DNA of 64,000 nt, taken from positions 22,568,001 through 22,632,000 of the forward strand of contig OZ024749.1 of the NCBI GenBank assembly GCA_964016885.1. Direction: 5' to 3'. The stretch is from Eledone cirrhosa. Its lineage: Eukaryota. The position numbers were made by a program, and so were the translations under genes. Position 1 is the stretch's first letter; every line of letters starts with the position of its first letter. A model generated the notes under the pieces. The model did not search any database and had not been told where the DNA came from. It worked only from the letters and a program-made list of their open reading frames with translations. Below, piece after piece: positions 26,421 through 41,855 of this stretch.

Positions 26421-26532
26421 CTGAGTTCAAATCCCGCCAAGGTTAACTTTGCCTTTCATCCTTACGGCGTCGATAAAATAAAGTACCAGTAATGTACTGG
26501 GCGATTGCTGGCCTTGTGCCAAAAGTAGAAAC
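26421..26532 (+). mobile_element. SINE family A, 5'-truncated
   Basis: CTGAGTTCAAATCCCGCC...GTAGAAACA. Confidence 0.82.
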
Positions 26533-26898
26533 ACTTAGGTAAAATCTCCCCATTCTGTCTCATTTCTCCCGGTATTAGGTCACATTTTTCACGATACTCC
26601 TCGTTTGGAGGTTTTACAGATTGGTAGCTCTGCAATAACAAAATCAGCAACAACAACAAAGATAACAACAACTACAGGAAAAAGAAAAACAACATCAGTA
26701 ACTAGAAAAAAAAACAACAGAAAAAACAGTTAATGTTGAAAGAATTGTTGTTGTTGTTGTTTAAAATAAGTCTGTACTAGAGGAGAGAACATATAACAAT
26801 ATATGGGATGAGTGAGGGGGAGTATATTTTATTACAGCTGATAAACTATGACAGGCACTCGATGGGTAGTAATAATGAAGTATTTTACAACCCCACCC

Positions 26899-26933
<35 letters not shown>

Positions 26934-26981
26934 GTGCATACATGCAGATATACATATACATATAAATCCACATACACTCAT

Positions 26982-27038
<57 letters not shown>

Positions 27039-27061
27039 TATATATTCTTATATATATATAC

Positions 27062-27153
<92 letters not shown>

Positions 27154-27207
27154 CACACTTATATATATATATACACACACACATATATATATATATACAC
27201 ACACACA

Positions 27208-27238
<31 letters not shown>

Positions 27239-27568
27239 TATATATAAATAGTGTATGTATAACTGAATACGTATTACGTATGTATATAGAATTGTAATTA
27301 TATGTCTGTATTATCTTGAGGTTTCTTGTTTATGTACTAAACTTGTTTGAATGTCAGTGTTTATTAATGTCTACCTATCTGCATAATATACACACACACA
27401 AACACATATAATATATATACACACATATCCACACACACAAAGCCATATAAATATATATTACATGCATAGATATATATATATATATGCATATATATATACA
27501 TATATATGTATATATATATATATATATACATATATATGTATATATATATATATATATATGTATATACA

Positions 27569-27607
<39 letters not shown>

Positions 27608-27710
27608 GCACATCTATATATATTTATGCAAGCATAAATATATATATGCATACTAATATATATATATATATACATATATATAAATAAATAAATACAGACA
27701 CACACTCACA

Positions 27711-27749
<39 letters not shown>

Positions 27750-28023
27750 GAATGTATATGTATGTATATGTGTATATGTGTATACTTGTCTATGTGTAAC
27801 AATATGGCTAATGATGTATGGATATATGGATATTGATGTGCCAGTGTATTTTGTTGCGGTAAAGTGAATTCAGAATATATTTTTATGTTCGGTAGATCAG
27901 CCTGTCAAAAAGCAATCTTTCCATATCTCCTCATTTCTCTTCACTTCCCATCCGTGATTTGTGACCGACTATCTCTAGCGAACTTGACACCTAAAACAGT
28001 CGCATCGAATGCTTGATATGTAT

Positions 28024-28085
<62 letters not shown>

Positions 28086-28152
28086 TACGTGCGCGCACAC
28101 ACACATACACACAGAGACACATGTATATCCAGAATATATGTACATGTATATA

Positions 28153-28205
<53 letters not shown>

Positions 28206-29078
28206 GTGAGGTTTTTTTTACAAAATGAAAAATAACCGAGGTGTCCTACACGAGTGAAAGTATAAAGAAAAAAAGATGAAATCGAAAATGCAACTGGAGT
28301 CATATTTAAAAAAATATATATATATTATTTGGTTCCTTTACCGGTTTCGCAGTTCTTCTGCTTTTAAAAAGTAGAGTTGAGATGGAGGGTCTGTGGTTTT
28401 TCTCACATCTGGTTGGTCTCTGAATGTTGCTTGTTTTATATGGAAAAAGTGGCTCGAAATGCCAGGTTTTTCGAGAAGTAATTTGATTGGTTGGTCAATA
28501 ATTATAATACATTTCGCACCAGTTCGCGTTACAAAGTTCTTCAAACAGGGGGGGGGGGGGGGGGTTGTCACAGGTTGCTTTTTCATATATGAGTGTTTGA
28601 ATTTCTTTTTACTTTAAAAAGGGGTGGGGGCTCACGAAGGCCTTTTTTTAATAAACGTAATTTGATTGGTTATAAATGAAATTATGGCTGTCACGTGAAC
28701 AAGTTATCATTAAATTTTTGCGCCCTTATTTGGAAATCCATTCTGTAGCCTTTTTAGAGAATTTAATGACAAGTAAAAGATAATGGTCAAGAGAAATTGG
28801 ATGGGAGAAATTGTTCTGGTTCAGTGAATATGGTTAGTTCGCTGGGGTGTCAGAATTCAGATTTTCTATTGAATAAAGAAAGTAAAGACATGTATGTTTA
28901 TTTGAGTGGTTGTGTGTGTGTCTTTGAATTTCTTTTTACTTAAAAAAAGGGGCTCACGAAGGCTTTTTAAAAATAAAATATATACATACGAACATATATA
29001 TATATACACACATATATACACACACACATATATATATATATATGTAAATATACATATATATAATATGCACATATATAT

Positions 29079-29118
<40 letters not shown>

Positions 29119-29189
29119 CTAATCTTAATAGCAGAGACATGGCAAAGATGATTGACCACGACGGCAGATATGTATGTATGTATATATAT

Positions 29190-29237
<48 letters not shown>

Positions 29238-29293
29238 GTATATATACATATATATAATATGCACATATATACATATATATAATATGCACATAT

Positions 29294-29396
<103 letters not shown>

Positions 29397-29440
29397 CATA
29401 TGTATATATATATATATTCTCGAAGAAATGTTATTATCAG

Positions 29441-29561
<121 letters not shown>

Positions 29562-29570
29562 TTATATATG

Positions 29571-29672
<102 letters not shown>

Positions 29673-29798
29673 TTATATATGAAATATATATATATATATA
29701 TAACTATATATATATATAACTAATCTTAATAGCAGAGACATGGCGGAGATGATTGACCACGACGGCAGATATGTATGTATGTATATATATATATATAA

Positions 29799-29846
<48 letters not shown>

Positions 29847-29902
29847 GTATATATACATATACATAATATGCGCATATATACATATATATAATATGCACAT
29901 AT

Positions 29903-29936
<34 letters not shown>

Positions 29937-29959
29937 TCTCGAAGAAATGTTATTATCAG

Positions 29960-30107
<148 letters not shown>

Positions 30108-30113
30108 CATTTA

Positions 30114-30158
<45 letters not shown>

Positions 30159-30184
30159 TTATATATGAAATATGAAATATGAAA

Positions 30185-30680
30185 TATAAGAATCAAAGAA
30201 CTGTTCAAAACATTTTTATGCTTACAACTGTTTCCTCCAAACCGAGGTTTGGATTCTTCGGAGCAATTTATTACTTAGTGAACACTTATATGACGTCCTT
30301 TTCACCCAAGAGACATACAGATACATATGCAAATATTGTGGGTCAACATTCATTACAGTATTTAAAGTGGCAGTACACACTTAGAGATTACATTCATATT
30401 AAAAGATACAATCAAAAATACAGGTTAAAATACAACATGGAATTAAGCGGTTATATAGTGCAAAGGTTATATGTGTGGCAAGCACGTGCGTCTTGTTTAT
30501 ATAGTGTGGCAGAGAGTTACGTGTAGTAGAAGCACTTAAGTAGGTAAACAAGAGTGTTAGGTTGGTTGATCTGGTGGCAAATTCTTTATAACACTATTTA
30601 GGGTTTGTATAAAAATATATATAACTGCAAAAGGTTTTTGTATTTACATAACCATAAATAGTATAATTAATACTATATAT
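30185..30680. mobile_element. Diverged relative of the 18.2-19.75 kb element, with HHR at 30219-30265(-)
   Basis: Minus strand TGCT-CCGAAGA-AT-CCAAACCTCGGTTTGG-AG-GAAA-CAGTTG-TA-AGCA; 30596-30680 matches 19674-19750. Confidence 0.7.
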
Positions 30681-30729
30681 ATATATATATATGCATATAT
30701 ATATATATATAATATATACATATATATAT

Positions 30730-30818
<89 letters not shown>

Positions 30819-30835
30819 GATATTTAAATAAATAT

Positions 30836-30884
<49 letters not shown>

Positions 30885-31500
30885 CTGATAATAACATTTC
30901 TTCAAAAAGTATGTGAAATCATGTGGGTGAAATACAGGAAACGGTAAACGCGGAAGAGACAAGTACATGGACAATTCTTGATCATCAGCTGTCTCTCTTG
31001 GGACCATAATAGTTTCGGATATTTTATGAGACGGCACTATTCACCACCATTCCATCAATAAAAACCACCGAGTTATCCATGGAGAGCTATTCGGGATGAA
31101 ATCACAACGGACATTGGACAAAAGAAAAGAAGAAGAAATATTTACATATCGATATGGGAGAGTAAAATTGCTACAATCGAAAGCAATAAGGGGACACGAA
31201 TACGGGCTAGGTAACCCTAGTACAAATAAGGAATGTATTAAACTAATACAATCTGGTTCGAGCAATAAAGCTAGAACTAATCTTAATAGCAGAGACATGG
31301 CGAAGATGATTGACCAGGACGGCAGATATGTATGTATATATATATATATATATATATATTCATACATATATACAAATATATATACGTATATATATATACA
31401 TATATATGTATTCACACACACATATATACAAACATATAGACATATATATATAGATAGATGGATACACACACACACACGCACACGCATACGCACACACACG

Positions 31501-31658
<158 letters not shown>

Positions 31659-32105
31659 TACATGTATACTCAGCATGAGCCATGTAATCGAAGTCCGGAA
31701 CATTGTGTGCAGCAAAGAAATTTTGCGTGAGACGCCGCTAGAGAAAATCAGTTGAGACAGATTCACTCGTGTGAATAGGAACCGGTCGGGTAACTAACTA
31801 TACACGCACGTCAGTAAGGAAAGCTGTACCGAGTAACCTCCCCTTGTCACATTACCATATGGTGGGGAAAGCTAATTTGCATAACAATAGCAAATACACC
31901 GAGAGATCCACGAAGGTAGGAAGTCCTTCTATAGAAACGGTAAATAGAACTTATTCACTTTTAAAACATTGTGGCATTTATGCTTTCACAATACATGTTA
32001 ATATTGTTTCTTATATAGGCACAAGGCCAGCAATTTTGGGGAAGGGGACAGTCGATTAACTTTACTGGTACTTTATTTTATCGACGTCGTAAACATGAAA
32101 GGCAA

Positions 32106-32129
32106 AGAAGAAGCAGCAGCAACATCAGC

Positions 32130-32194
<65 letters not shown>

Positions 32195-32303
32195 CAGCAG
32201 CAGCAGCAGCAGCAGTAGCAGTAGTATTAGTAGTAGTAGTAATAGCAGTAGTAGTAGTAGTAGTAATAGTAGTAGTAGCAGTAGTAGTAGTAGTAGTAAT
32301 ATT

Positions 32304-32352
<49 letters not shown>

Positions 32353-32401
32353 GTAGTAGTAGTAGTAGAAGGAGAAGAAGAATATGGAGAAGAAGATGAA
32401 G

Positions 32402-32433
<32 letters not shown>

Positions 32434-32830
32434 TGAGGGGGATGGGGGAGGGTGTGGGGGGAGGCGGCGGCAAGGATAAGGAAAATCAACTTCAAACGTT
32501 TATAAGAATTAGAATGGTTGGAGTAAAACAATGGAATAAAGAGATACAACAACAAGTACTAGAGTAGTAGAAACAATAAGTGCAAGAGCAACAATAACAA
32601 GAACAACATCAACAGGAACAACAACAAATACTACAACAGCAACAACAATAAAACCAACAATAACAACAATAACATCAGCAGCAACAACTACAAGTACTAC
32701 AATAGCAAAAACATTAACAGCAACAACAACAAGTACTAGAGTAGCAAAGACAATAGCTACAACAAGAACAACAGCAAATACGGCAATATCATTAACAATA
32801 ACAACAACGAGAAGTATTACAGTAGCAGCT

Positions 32831-32908
<78 letters not shown>

Positions 32909-32973
32909 GCAGCAGCAGCAGCAACAACAGCAGCAGCAACAATAACAACAACAACAACAACAACAACAACAGC

Positions 32974-33007
<34 letters not shown>

Positions 33008-35122
33008 GCAGCAGCAGCAGCAACAACAGCAGCAGCAACAATAACAACAACAACAACAACAACAACAACAGCAACAACAACAACAGCAACAACAACTACC
33101 GCAACAACAACATTTACATCTGATACAGGAACATGAATAGCAATATCAACAACAGTGACAAGAATAATAATTGCCACAACAACAACAACAGCAGCAGCAG
33201 CAATAATAAGAACAACAACAAGAATAACAAACTATAACAAAATTAAATATGACAACAATAGCAACAACAACAGTTACAAAAGCAAAAAAAACCAGCAAAA
33301 AGCAACAACAACGGCAACAGAATAACGACAAATACGAACGCAACTACCACAACAACAACAATAACAGTAACAGCAAGAACAACAGTAACAACAAAAAAAC
33401 GGCACTAACAACAACAACAACAATAGCAACTACAGAAACAACAATTCACATCAAGAGCATTCACAACAACAGCCATAACAACAACAGCAGCAACAACAAA
33501 AATAGCATCAATACCAACAACAATAACAATTAAACGAACAACAGTCACAACCACAACAGCAGTCATAACAACAAAATAAAAAAAAACGGCAACAACAACA
33601 ATAGCAAGAGCACCACCACCACCACCACCACACCTACCGCTATCACTACCACCACCACTACCACTACCACGACCACCACCACCATTACCACCACTACCAC
33701 CAACACCACCACCACCACCACTACCACCACCACCACTACCATTACCACCACCACCACCACCACCACTACCACCACCACCACCACCACCACCACCACCACC
33801 ATTACCACGACTACCACCAACACCACCACCACCACCACCACTACCACCACCACCACCACCACCACCATTACCACCACTACCACCAACACCACCACCACAC
33901 CTACCACCACCACCACCACCACCACCACCACCACCACCACCACTACCATTACCACTACAACCACCACCACCACCACCACCACCACTACCACCAACACCAC
34001 CACCACCACCACCACCACTACCACCACCACCACTACGACGACGACCACCACCACCATTACCACCACTACCACTATCACCACCACCACCATTACAACCACC
34101 ACCACCGCTACCACCACCACCTCCAACACCATTACCACCAACACCACCACCACCACTACCACCACCACCATTACCACCATTACCACCATTAGCACCACTA
34201 CCACCACCACCACCGCCATTACCGGCACCACCACTACCACCACGAACACCACCACCATCATAACCACCATTACCACCAACACCACCACCACCACTACCAC
34301 CACCACCATTACCACCATCACCACCATTAGCACCACTACCACCACCACCACCACCATTACCACCACTACCACCACCACCACCACCACCACCACACCTACT
34401 ACCTCCACCACCACCACCACCACCACTAACACCACCACCACCACCATTACCACCGCTACCACCAACACCACAATATCACCCCCCCCCCATCATTACCACC
34501 ACTACCATCACCCCCCCACACCACCACCAACAACAACAACAACAACCCCCCTTACACCACCACTACCACCAACACCACCACAACCACTGCCCCCCCCCTC
34601 TCCCCCACCACCCCCCACACACACACCACCAACACCACCAACACCACCACCAACAACAACAATCAGTTATTTAGAGACGATAATAAAATAATTGAATTGG
34701 TATGATTGAAGAATTTTTGATTTGAAAGACATGCATCAGAGACTTCTTAATTGGTTTATACAACAACAACGATGAACTAATCTATGTATTTTCTCATTGT
34801 TTTAGTCTTTGTTTATATATATATATATGTATGTATGTATATATATATATATATGTATGTATGTATATATATATATGTATGTATGTATGTATATATATGG
34901 GTTTTTTTTATTTAATTTTATTCCAATTACTTTTAAACACTCTTGATTCACATTGGTGCAGTATTCAGAATTTTGTAAAAGAGGAAGATTCTTCTTCACA
35001 TTATAGCTATAGTTATTGTTGCTGTTGTTGCTGCAGTTGTTCCTGCTGCTATTGTTGTTGTTGTTGTTGTTACTGCTGTTTTTGTTATTGCTGCTGCTGC
35101 TGTTGTTGTTATTATTATCATG

Positions 35123-35169
<47 letters not shown>

Positions 35170-35180
35170 TATTTATTACT
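32106..35180. repeat. Compound trinucleotide tracts (GTA, ATT, GAA, CAA, ACC, TTG)
   Basis: Direct inspection; starts at a truncated SINE A (32003-32106). Confidence 0.95.
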
Positions 35181-35323
35181 ATACGTGATGGTACTTTTTT
35201 CTCCTTTATTGAGTAATAAAAATGAATCCCCAATAGTTAGAGGCAACGAGGTAAGAGTGCTCGTGCATGTGTATATACGAGCAACTATATATATAGATAT
35301 ATTTGTGTATATGTACATACATA

Positions 35324-35380
<57 letters not shown>

Positions 35381-35428
35381 GTTTATACATATATATATAT
35401 ATATATATGTTTATATATATATATATAT

Positions 35429-35482
<54 letters not shown>

Positions 35483-35869
35483 TATATATATGTTTATATA
35501 AACATATATATATATATATGTTTATATATATATATATATATATGAATAAAGGCAAACAAATATACACACACTGACACGGATATATATATGTATAAACCCA
35601 ATTACGCTCCCACAATGCATATAACCCTATTCATATATGTATGCAAGTATGTATGTATGTATCTATCTTTCTATCTATCTATCTATCTATCTACTATCTA
35701 TCTATCCACCCTCTCACACACACATAGAGTGTGAGAGGGTGGATAGATAGATAGTAGATAGATATATATATATATATATTTAGATGAAGATTATGCCTGC
35801 AGATCGACATACACCCCCATACACACATATACACATATAAAAACATCGCTACACTCACATACACATGTA

Positions 35870-35953
<84 letters not shown>

Positions 35954-36422
35954 CTATATATGTATATGTATATATATACACATGTATACATAGATATATA
36001 TATATATAGACACATATATACACGCATGCATATATCGTCACAGCTTGTGAAAATAAAATAAAGCTATGTTATATTCTATTATGGCACAATTAAGATTTGT
36101 GAATAGTAAATTAGATTGGTAAATTGAGGAATGTCTTTCTCGATCTCTTTGGTTTTTCTCCATTCCTTTCGTCATGTATTGCTGAGACAAAGAGAGTGTT
36201 TCCAAAATAATTCAATATTTTTTAGCAACAATAATCGAAAAGCATTGTGGAAGCATCCGTGGTTAATTGGTTATCTCGGGGACATTGGGTATAGCCGAAA
36301 TTTAAGGAGCATTCGCCGAAAACTGCTTAATCTAATTAAATATTTTCCATACCGTGATAATATCGAAATCGAATTAATGTAATGTAATGTATATATGTAT
36401 ATATATATATGATGAATATATG

Positions 36423-36453
<31 letters not shown>

Positions 36454-36575
36454 ATATAAATATATATATATGTATATATATATATAAATGCATGGGTGAT
36501 ATATATATGCATATATATATATTTGTATATACATATATACAAATATATATATATGCATATAAATATATATATATA

Positions 36576-36641
<66 letters not shown>

Positions 36642-36963
36642 CTTTTATGTGTATATGTATATATACATATATGTATATACATGTATATATATATGTATAT
36701 CTGGGTCTGTGTGTGGATGTGTATGTACACACATGTATACATATACATATATATTTATATGAGAAAGAGAGAGAGAGAATGTATGACGAAAGATTGAACA
36801 CGTTGGACTAAGAGACAGAGAGAGAGAGAGGGTGGAGGAGAGTGGAGTGGATCAACAGTGGATGAAAATAAGCTCCATTCTACAACACACTCTGTATTAG
36901 CGTAATTAGTATTTAGTATTGCCCAAGTGCAACAGAGACATTGATATGTACAAAGGTAGCATA

Positions 36964-37036
<73 letters not shown>

Positions 37037-37038
<2 letters not shown>

Positions 37039-37310
37039 GGTAAAAGGAAAAGTAAATGCTGACACATTCCCAGTGAAAAATAGTTTAATTAGGAGTAAGT
37101 AAAAATTAGTAATAGTATTGGTTAGTATTCAGTTTTGGTTTTAAGTTTTACCGGTTGCGCCTTTCTAATGCTTTTCAAAAATAATTTTGAGTTAGAAACT
37201 TAAAACCAAAACTGAATACTAACCAATACTATTACTAATTTTTACTTATTCCTAATTAAACTATTTTTCACTGGGAACAATTTGTCAGCATTTTCTTTTC
37301 CTTTTACCAA
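37037..37310. repeat. ~110-bp inverted arms abutting (TA)n
   Basis: 37037-37148 is the inverse of ~37196-37310. Confidence 0.85.
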
Positions 37311-37345
37311 TATATAACTCGTGTGTTACACCTCTATTCTTTTAT

Positions 37346-37563
37346 AGAGAAATGCTTATACATGAATTGATTCCTCTCTGGACGATTTCATTGGGGGAAA
37401 ATTTCAGTTGTTTATATTTTTTATAGTGTTTTCCACAACAATCGAGGTAGACTCAGATGGTACACATGGTGTCAAATTTCTATGTATTGTACATAGAGCA
37501 CTCTTCTTTCCTTTAGTTTTTCTACGGAAATACTTAATCCACACACACACACACACACACACA

Positions 37564-37644
<81 letters not shown>

Positions 37645-38057
37645 CTGATGATTTCTCACGAATGAAACAGTTCTAGTCTGATAGAAGCTTTTCTATATTA
37701 AAACTTTTATACTCTGCTATGTATTCAGTACCTTACTTACTGTGGTTACCCCCGATTCAACCCGGAATACCTTCGGAGCTGTATGGGAGCCTCCCAAAAG
37801 TCACCTCAAAAGGGACAGAGAGGAGACCGAGGTTAGCTGGACATGCACACCGACATCCAGAGTTGACATTGCACTCAGTGCTCCTGTGGGAGACCCTGCA
37901 TGGACACACTGGAAGAGGACGATCAAGGTTAACGTATGTTGATGCCCTAGGGACAGACACTGGTCTGTTGGAGACGCAGGACATGGCAGCGATAATGAGG
38001 GACAGAGACCGCTGGAGAGAACTCGTCCATGGATCTCGGGAATTTTACCCGCCCTAG
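37346..38057 (+). mobile_element. Composite repeat: HHR-like segment fused to RTE-clade LINE 3' end (copy 2)
   Basis: CTGATGA-T-TTC-TCAC-GAA-T-GAAA-CAGTTCTAG-TC at 37645-37678. ELYGSLPK..RLAGHAHRH..LLWE..GRGR..TYVD..DRDRWR at ~37777-38057. (AGAT)n tail. Confidence 0.72.
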
Positions 38058-38980
38058 ATAGATAGATAGATAGATATACAGTAAAATAAAACAAGGACGA
38101 GTGCTTACGCCTTCATTACGTTTACAGGTTGGTGACGCACGTTTCGCCAATAAACGTAATGAAGGAGTAACCACTCGTCCTTGTTTTATTTTACTATAAT
38201 TGTTTCTACTTTTTGGCACAAGGCCAGCAATTACCCAGTACATTACTGGTACTTTATTTTATCGACAAGCAAACACATAAGCAAATACATGCCCAAGCAA
38301 ACACATAAGCAAATGAACATTTATTTCTCGCTAAAACTTCAAGAATATTTCACATATTCAAAGAGCCATAAAATGCCATGACTATAATTTATTAGTTTGC
38401 TATGTCCTTTCTGCTTTTTATGAAGGGCAGCAGATCAATATTGGTCTTTAGACACAGCTAGTTTCATATCCGATTGACCTCAATAATTACTGGTAAAAAT
38501 CTTAAAGTTATGGAATGAGTTAACTAACAGCAATTTTCTCTTTTGTTTGGCGAAGATGATTCCTTTTTCGCTAATGTTTGACATTACGTTAACATCTGCT
38601 AGGCAACTGATTTCCACTACTGTACACAATTTCCTTCCTCCGTCCCAGATCATTATGTCTGGTCTGTTATGCTTATATAGCAGACCAGAATTAACGATCT
38701 CTTATATATGTGTGTACGAACGTACGTAAGCGCCTATGTATGTATGTATGTATGTATGTATGTATGTATGTATGTATGTATGTATGTATGTATGTATGTA
38801 TGTATGTATGTATGTATGTATGTATGCATGTATGTGTGTATGTACGTATGTATGTATCTGTATGAGTATATATATTCATGTGTGCATCGATGTATGCGTG
38901 TTTGTGTGATGTATATTTGTATGTACGTATTCATACATGTAATTATGTATCTATATTTTAACATCTCTCTCTCTCTCTCT

Positions 38981-39050
<70 letters not shown>

Positions 39051-39164
39051 CATATATATGAGTGTGCTTGTGTGTGTGTATGTGTTTGCGCGTGTGTGGG
39101 TGAGAGCATGTGTGTGCGTTTATGTGTGTATATATGTGTGCATATGTACATATGTGCATGTATG

Positions 39165-39198
<34 letters not shown>

Positions 39199-39875
39199 CA
39201 AACATCTGTATGTTTAACAATGTTTGTATCTACTGCAGCCATCTTAAACTAGTAATATAAGATGAAAACATAGAAATAAAAAAAATAATAACAATAATAA
39301 CAGTAATAGAACCGCAAAACAACAACAACACCACCACCACCACCAACAACAACAACTACAACTACAATAACAACAGAAACATAATAAATGAAATAAATAA
39401 AATGAATAAAATTATTATATAGAATATACGATATTACAAAAAAAAAAAATCGAAAACATGAAATGCTTATTGGACATATAAGAAATATATATTTGAATAA
39501 AGTTTATCTGTTCTAAAAATATAGAAAAAATAAAATTAGCAAGCAATGAATCTATTTAGCTTTAGGTTAAGTAATGATAATGTTGTATATATGAGATGGT
39601 ATGTGTTTAGCAGCATGATACTAGGAAATCCTCTAGTAATGCTCTTTAAATTGGAATCATATTTAGATAGAACCAGTGATTAATGTCTTCTTCATATATA
39701 TATATAGGGACAAGTATGACCCCGACGGCAGAGCTCAAGCCGTTTCGACGACTAATTCTGGACGTTCAGAATTAGTCGTCGAAACGGCTTGAGCTCTGCC
39801 GTCGGGGTCATACTTGTTCCTATTACCCACTTTGGTGCGTTATGGTCCATCTGGTTCCTTACCACATTTCCTTCG

Positions 39876-39911
<36 letters not shown>

Positions 39912-39992
39912 CGAAGGAAGTGTGGTAAGGAACCAGATGGACCATAACGCACCAGAGTACTCAATACTTAGGGTAGTAGAGTGGGTAATTTT

Positions 39993-40038
<46 letters not shown>

Positions 40039-40176
40039 GGAGGTGAGTTTTATTGTAGTACAATAAAGCAATGCAGATATCGAATAAGTAGCACTCTACA
40101 GTTTGTAGGACTGGAACATGTTGATTTAAAACTGCACTATTCACAAGTGTATTTTAACCTTCATATCATGTCTCCC

Positions 40177-40247
40177 TATTTTATCTGACGAAAACGCAAA
40201 TGTTATTACATGATGATATTTGTTTTTGAAATGCGCATAATAAAATA
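40177..40247 (+). ncRNA. Type I hammerhead ribozyme
   Basis: Stem I TATTTTAT/ATAAAATA, CTGACGA, long stem II (GCAAATGTTAT/ATGATATTTGT), GAAA, palindromic TGCGCA, AUA site. Confidence 0.8.
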
Positions 40248-40295
40248 CAAGGAACTCTTTTAACCATCTTTTGATCTTATATATATTATATTATA

Positions 40296-40408
<113 letters not shown>

Positions 40409-40544
40409 TGAAACCATTTGCTAAAATATCTGATTAGCTTGTTGCTGTGATGGTATGATGGTATGGTGGTATAATGGGTATATTGGTCTAATGGTACCCT
40501 GGTATGTTGGTCTAATGCTTTAGTGGAATAACGGTATGGTTTGA

Positions 40545-40830
40545 CTGTGTCGTGTTGTGTGTGGACTTGTTGCTGTGATGGTATGGTGGTATGGAATATA
40601 GGTTTGATGGCGTGGTGGTGTGTGTGGACTTGTGGCTGTGATTGTATGATGGTATGGAATATAGGTTTGATGGCGTGGTGGTGTGTGTGTGAACTTGTGG
40701 CTGTGATTGTATGATGGTATGGAATATAGGTTTGATGGCGTGGTGGTGTGTGTGTGAACTTGTGGCTGTGATTGTATGATGGTATGGAATATAGGTTTGA
40801 TGGCGTGGTGGTGTGTGTGTGAACTTGTTT
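40545..40830. repeat. ~64-bp minisatellite, about 4 copies
   Basis: GAACTTGTGGCTGTGATTGTATGATGGTATGGAATATAGGTTTGATGGCGTGGTGGTGTGTGTGT. Confidence 0.9.
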
Positions 40831-41319
40831 GTGTATGTATGTGTGTGTGTGTACTTATTTGTGTATGTATGTGTGTGTGTACTTGTTTGTGTATGTATGT
40901 GTGTGTGTACTTGTTTGTGTATGTGTATGGACTGAGTTGAGGAGTGGAAACATCTTGGATGGTGTATATGAAACAACACACAATTTGATCGTTCGATTTC
41001 TGATCAATAATGATATTTTGTTGTCCAATGATACGGCAGAGGGTGATACATGTGTTATTGTTACATATTGATAGATTTACTGTTGTTTAAAATGAGGGTG
41101 AGAATGGGGGGCGTCTGGTGTGGCGTAGAGAGAAGGGGAGTGAGTGAGAGAGATGGTGGTAGTAGCGAGATGGTGAGGGAGAGGGGGAGGAGAAGAGGTG
41201 ATGTGGAGAAGAAGAGTTGGAGAAGGAAAGGCAGACTAGGAGAGGGGCAGTAGAAGAGGGGACGAGAGAATAAGAGGTGGAGAAGGAAAGGCAGATTTAG
41301 AGAGGTGGGAGGAGAAGAG

Positions 41320-41855
41320 ATGAGGTGGTGGTTGTGGTGGCGGTGGTCGGGTTGTTGCTGTTGTTGTTGTTGTTAGTGGTGGTGTTAGGTCTGGTGATGG
41401 TTGTGGTGGTGGTAGTGTTGTTGATTTTGGTGGCGGTGTTGGTGTTGGTGGTGGTGGATGGTGATAGTGGTGGTGTTGGTGGTGGTAGTGGTGGTGGGGA
41501 TGATGGTTGTGGTAGTGCTGGTGGTAGTCTTGTTGTTATTGTTGGTGGTGGTAGTGTTGTTGTTATTGTTGGTGGTGGTAATGGTCATGATGGTGGTAGT
41601 GGTGGTAGTGGTGGTGGTGGTGATGGTAGTGTTAGTGGCGGCGGTGGTGGTGGTGGTAATGGTGGTGTTGTTGTTGGTGGTGGTAGTGGTGGTGGTGACG
41701 GTAGTGGTGGTGGTGGTAGTGTTGTTGTTGTTGTTGGTGGTGGTGCTAGTGGTGGTGGTGATGGTAGTGGTGGTGGCGGTGCTGGTGCTAGTGTTGTTGT
41801 TGTTTGTTGTTGGTGGTAGTGGTAGTGGTAATGGTGGTGGTGATGGTGACGGTAG
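41320..41855. repeat. (GGT)n/(GTT)n tract
   Basis: Direct inspection. Confidence 0.95.

Noticed and set aside
40545-40830. CRISPR-like array
   Set aside because: No unique spacers and a eukaryotic context; it is a plain minisatellite
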